From NCBI GenBank assembly GCA_040954595.2, contig CM082577.2, positions 10,131,846 to 10,195,845 of the forward strand: 64,000 bases of DNA, given 5' to 3'. Below the pieces are notes generated by a model, which saw only the letters and a list, made by a program, of their open reading frames with translations, had not been told where the DNA came from and did no database searches. Shown here one piece after another: positions 59,101-64,000 of this stretch; position 1 is the stretch's first letter; each line of letters starts with the position of its first letter. The position numbers and the translations under genes were made by a program. This DNA is from Balanoglossus misakiensis. Its lineage: Eukaryota; Animalia; Hemichordata.

Positions 59101-62100
59101 GAAGCGTAAATCTCAGGATGATGGAAACGATGAACAACGAGAACATGGTGAGATCGAACAGATTCCACGCATCGCTTCCCCAGCTCCACACTTTGTACCA
59201 GAATGATTTGGGCTCCTTTACGAAAACCTGCATTATGAAACAAAAAAGATATAAATATAAAGGAATTTCCCTCAGTAAAATACAATCATACCAGTACATC
59301 AAGATCAGTGTTTCATTTAGGCAGGGAATAGGGGATACTCTCCCTCTGACATGCTGGCATCCCCTAGCAATTTGTCAAGGGGGGATCAGTACCACTTAAA
59401 ATGCTGTCACTAACATGTTCGAGATATTACATTTCCTCCTCTTGCCAGAGTTGAAACCCCCAAATATTCTGACAAATGGGATTTTCTGAGAAAAGGGGAT
59501 CTCCCCTATTGTTGCAATCCTGGATAGATCATATTTTGATTTTAATGAGACACATGCTTTTTTTCCCCACATTACAGGCCAGCACACATGCACCTAACAA
59601 TCCCTGTCAACAATGCATGATTCTTCCCGACATTTCGTTCTGATTCACTAATTTTTTTGACACTTCTGAAATTTTTTCCAGTGATAAAAAACACCTGCAT
59701 AAGATTGGTCTTACCTGCCGAAACTCTTCCACCAGAAGCGTTCCCACCCAACATATCACAATAATTTCTATGATGCCGGGTGAGTTGGGTTCACTGGCCG
59801 GTCGCAGATCAGTCAGAATAAATATACTGAACAAAATCAGCAGAATGATGTAAAGAATCTGGAGGGAAAAAGGCAGGAAAGTAGTGGAGTTTTATTTACA
59901 TGTACTTGTGGTATATAACATTTTGTGCCTAATTGTCTCTCATAGAAAAGGAGACATTATATTGTTATAATTTGACAATTTTAACAATATTGATCCTATG
60001 ATGTAGTATAGGAGTAAAGCTGTACGATTGAAAGTTACACTAAATTACAAGCAGTCTAAAACCCTTTCATGTCTATACTATATAGTCGAATCCATATATT
60101 TTTCACATCAATACACAGGACTGGCATCACCCTTATGGAAAATATTCTATAGAATTCAATAAAAATAGGGTTCAAAACTACATTAGAATTCTATAGAAAT
60201 TCTATAAAGTTCCATGTCAATTATATTGGCTATAGAATTCTATAGATATCTGTGGAATGTTTTGCTTTCTAAGGGACATTGTTCAATTTGAAACCCACTC
60301 ATATTTCACAAACATCACCCACTCTTCAGAGTGTCAGTCAGGCTAACACTGCATCAACGTGTCCTCTAAGGCCATATGATATGCCACTGACTCAACAAAC
60401 TCATTGGTGACTCGAGATTGACTCAAAGCTTTTAACATTTTTGTTTGTTTAGGGGGCAAAGTGTACTGCACTCACCACTCCATAGTAGAACTTGGTAACA
60501 GGAGCCTTGTAGTAATACCCCAGTCCTTCCCACAGCGTGACATCATCCTCCTCGCCCCCGATCCGTCTGACCTCCGACCCCTTCTCCGGCGATAGATCGG
60601 ACTGACTTCGGAAGATGCAGTTCTTCACTCGCTGGTACGCCGACGGGCGGGGCTTCTCCTTCTCTGGCTCCTGTTGGTCGCCGCGGGAATCGTCGCTCTC
60701 CTCCGTCTCCAGGGGGATCTCCTTGTAGTCCTTGGACAGGAACGTCATCCCCGGAATGATGAACGGGAAGAAGGACGCCACCACAAACTGGGAATATAGA
60801 AGTGGGGACAGACCAGTTTATACCATAAATTTATATCGAGAAAGAAAGCGTGTTTCAATCAATGCAAAGCTTAGATTCCCTGTATTGAGGAATACTATCA
60901 GATATTGCCAAATGAAGAGAAAAAAAAGATGTCTAAAGCTGTCATAATTACAGAATTTCTACACAATGAAACTATAAGAAATCAATCACCGCTGTCAATT
61001 AAGGGAGAATCATATGATTTCTAGGGGGTAGAGGATTTCTGGTGTGAAAAAAAATCTTCCGAAATGCCTTGAGATAAAAAGTAGGACTGGCAACAGGAAA
61101 TAATTGCTGTAATAAAACAGTGGCTGAAAAAATGGACTGACAGAACCCCCCCCCCCCCCCCCCCCCCAGAAATCAAATGGTTCTCCCCTTACTTACCCCG
61201 AGCCACTGCTGAAAGGAGTGTAGTTGGACATTGCCCTTCCACACTCTCTGCAGTTTGGTCTGGCAGCAGTCGTGCTCCATGAACTTCATCTGATCGGCGG
61301 CGTAGGCGATGGCCAGGCATGTGGTGTCGCCCCAGGCCGTCAGTTTGCGGACAAGTGCAAGTTTGGACATCTTCTTGTCCGACTCGTAGCAGTTCTCTAG
61401 CACTCCTATGGCAAGATCTTCAAAGTCACTGAAGCAATAAAATATAATTTGATAATTTGTTTTCCAATTATTTAAAAAAAAATGTTTTATGTTTTATTAT
61501 ATTAAATAAACTTGCTGGAGCCAAGGATAAATGTCGGTGATGTATTGGAACTTCATACTGACAGCATGTAATACAGGTAAAAAAATTATATTGGCCTGAT
61601 AGGTGGAGAATCAACATTTGAAAATATTTGTTTCTTGCCATCAGTACATGTATGCCTGGATACATTTGAAAGGCAAAATACACCTGTACTGTTTGTGTGG
61701 AGGATCACATCATAAGAAAATAAGTTGCCATAATAGAAGACAGACTTGACTTTTATATATTATAAAATCGCAATGAAAAATAACGTACTTAGCATGGTCG
61801 CACAGGTCGTAGTAGAGGGTGAGTTCTTCCTCTGTCTTGGCATGCTCAGACAGTGCTTTCAGTATTCTGCCAGCGATCAATGCAGAGCCTGTAGTAGAAA
61901 CGAAAGATTTCTGAATGAATAATATATCCAACAGATAACTTCATGAAGATGGAATATGTCAGGCCCTCAACCCCTCTGTCCCCCCATTTACAATCCAACT
62001 CAACAACCCCATTGTCAGCAACAGGGTGAAACCAGAAAGGGGTAGTAACTAGTATGAAACGGTGAAAGACATACATGTACGTATCTCTCATTCCTGGTAT

Positions 62101-63973
62101 TGTTCCACTGACTGCTGACATGAAGAAATTTATTTATTGATCCTTTGAACCCCTGAGGGGGGTGCGGGTAGGTTACCAGGGGGTCAGAGTTCAAAGGACA
62201 ATAACCAATTTTATACCAAATAAAATTATATGACAAAATATCCTTTGTCATAGATATTTTGTCTGCAGAGTTAAAATATTTTAATCTACAGTCTTGTACT
62301 GACATGGTGAATTACAGTTTCAAAGAAACACTGATGGTGTCAATAATAAACCACAGAACGCAGCCCGTGCAAGGAAATGGACCACTAGGGGTAACTGTAT
62401 ATCCTGACAGTGAAAGAAGCACATCACACCAATCCTACCTATATTCCCAACATTGAGTCTCTTCCAGAACAACTTGGCCATGGCTCTTCTGTTGAGAAGT
62501 ACGGCCCACAGGAACAGATGTTGGGCCGGGCAATCCTTGGCCTTGGACTTCTCAATGTCAACGGTAGACTGACCGTCGCTGGGTCTGACGATGTATTTCT
62601 CCTCGCTGTACATGATCTCGTGTTCGTGCAAAGTGAGTTTGTGGACCATTCTACCGACGTTCTGCAGGAGGTGGGCCAGGTGCCTGTCATCTTTCTGTGT
62701 GTGCATAATGCCATGATGAAACCATGAATCATTAAAGGGGAACGCTACCCAAGATTTTAAATATTAGAGTACAAAAGGGATGCCCAAAAATAATTTTCTG
62801 ATGGATTCATTCACTTCCACTTCCTGCATATGGAGCCAGAATCCTACTTGTTGCTATATTTACGGAATTACACCGTAGATTGCATGGCTGTGCATGGCCT
62901 TGTTTTTTATCTTAGCTCTTTACAGCCGACGATCCACAAGTCAATTACATCAGTTTCACAAATATTTCAACTGATAATTGATGACACTGTGATACTTGAG
63001 AAGAAACCTTTGACTGTGGTACTTACATCCGATAGTTTGTCGAGGCGGATCTTGACAATGTCTTTGGTAGAAGATCGTCCATCTAGAGACCATTTACAGA
63101 ATACCACCTGCAAGGGAAACCAATGTCTTAGAAGAATATTATATACTTCATCAAAATATTTCTGAAAGCATGATCATGTAATATGGTTGAACAATGAAAG
63201 TTTTTTGATGCAATGCTTAAGTTAATACACCAGGGATTGGAAATATATGAAAACATTACAAACTGTCACTGTAAGTTACTTTACAACAGAAATTCTACCA
63301 GAGAACGATTTGAAGCTTGAAATGCACATCACCTGTTTATAGAGTTCGTAGAGTCTGCGTATTGTCAGGAACTTATCCAGGTGAATCACATGCTGCAGGA
63401 ACAGCTCCACAAATTCCACCTTGTTGCCAATCAATGCCATCATCATGTTCTCTTCAAACTCGGCATTCTGATACAAGATAAAAATTTCAGAGTAATTTTT
63501 CAGTAAAGAAATTTTTTTCAGTTAAATACATCTATGTGCACAAAGTTCACCCTCTTATACAACCCATACCCATTTTGTTGCAATGGATATAAACACACTA
63601 TTCAAAACTAACTGGGTTGGACTAAATTAGGAAATTGAAAGGTCTTAAAAATGAGGAAAATAGGATGAAAGTGCACTCCCATAGATGCAGTCATGTTTGT
63701 GTACATTATATCTACCATAAACATTTTATTATAATCCAAATGGTTCAATTTTAGGAAACATTTAAGGAACCTTTCTGTCTGCTTTCTGAATTCTACATGC
63801 TGCCTTATAGTGGCTATTACAGTGCATGTTTCTAGGATTATGGTTTCCATGGAAACTCACCTCCCATTTGTTTCTCCTCTCAGCTGTGATGATTTCATCC
63901 CTGGCGATGTCAGAGCGATTCCACCTCAGAGCCAGGTTCATCTGAACTTGGATGTTATCGGACAGTGACTTGG
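56115..63973 (-). CDS. TRPM: TRPM-family cation channel, 3' 15 exons (5' part lies beyond the window)
   Basis: Exons 63973-63861, 63467-63333, 63107-63027, 62694-62439, 61888-61789, 61428-61197, 60787-60476, 59858-59715, 59227-58973, 58597-58423, 58075-57919, 57604-57426, 57223-57143, 56906-56774, 56409-56115; all phase-compatible. Motifs [86 protein letters not shown] and TRP box [22 protein letters not shown]. Confidence 0.95.
58160..58389. mobile_element. MITE family A copy 4 (left end truncated)
   Basis: Core TTCAAGTGTGGACTAGAATTCATCTGTCAACAATAAC and right end AAAGTTACAGCTAATGTCCCT followed by TTAA. Confidence 0.65.
61002..61188. mobile_element. MITE family B copy 2, adjacent to a TRPM splice donor
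   Basis: AAGGGAGAATCATATGATTTCTAGGGGG ... CCCCCAGAAATCAAATGGTTCTCCCC-tta. Confidence 0.7.
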
Positions 63974-64000
63974 CTGTGACACAGAGCAATCAGGAAGATT

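Noticed and set aside
60140-60250. Repeated TTCTATAGAA palindromic words in a TRPM intron
   Set aside because: Too short and degenerate to define an element or function.
62815-62853. Possible 39-nt phase-0 TRPM micro-exon ([13 protein letters not shown])
   Set aside because: AG/GT boundaries exist but the polypyrimidine tract is poor and the model is in frame without it; needs RNA evidence.
1-64000. tRNA, rRNA or other structured ncRNA genes
   Set aside because: None recognised by eye; a tRNAscan-SE/Infernal search would be needed to exclude small ncRNAs.

Overview
Eukaryotic (invertebrate bilaterian-like) genomic DNA with AT-rich introns and GC3-rich exons; there is no prokaryotic content. 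Five protein-coding genes were reconstructed by hand from splice signals and reading-frame phase. (1) The last two exons of a HELZ2/UPF1-type SF1 helicase (+, 1-560), which the ORF track misses. (2) An intronless Ras-dva/RASD-like small GTPase with a CAAX box (+, 4569-5282). (3) A complete 37-exon, ~3112-aa polycystin-1 (PKD1)-family gene (+, 9546-46649): signal peptide on two micro-exons, WSC, PKD repeats, Cys-rich PKD1-type module, REJ, GAIN/GPS, PLAT and 11-TM channel region. (4) A complete 5-exon CPPED1 phosphatase (-, 53677-50072), tail-to-tail with the polycystin. (5) The 3' 15 exons of a TRPM channel with no NUDIX or kinase tail (-, 63973-56115). Introns carry a decayed hAT transposase, several MITE families, two long hairpins, an 82-bp minisatellite and large microsatellites. 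No fundamentally new system is demonstrable from sequence alone. The best leads are the PKD1 architecture and its Lys-containing pore, a cluster of RFX X-box motifs over the Ras/PKD1 5' region, a potential recursive splice site, and the Ras-dva/PKD1/CPPED1/TRPM neighbourhood. All family assignments are from recalled motifs, not database searches.
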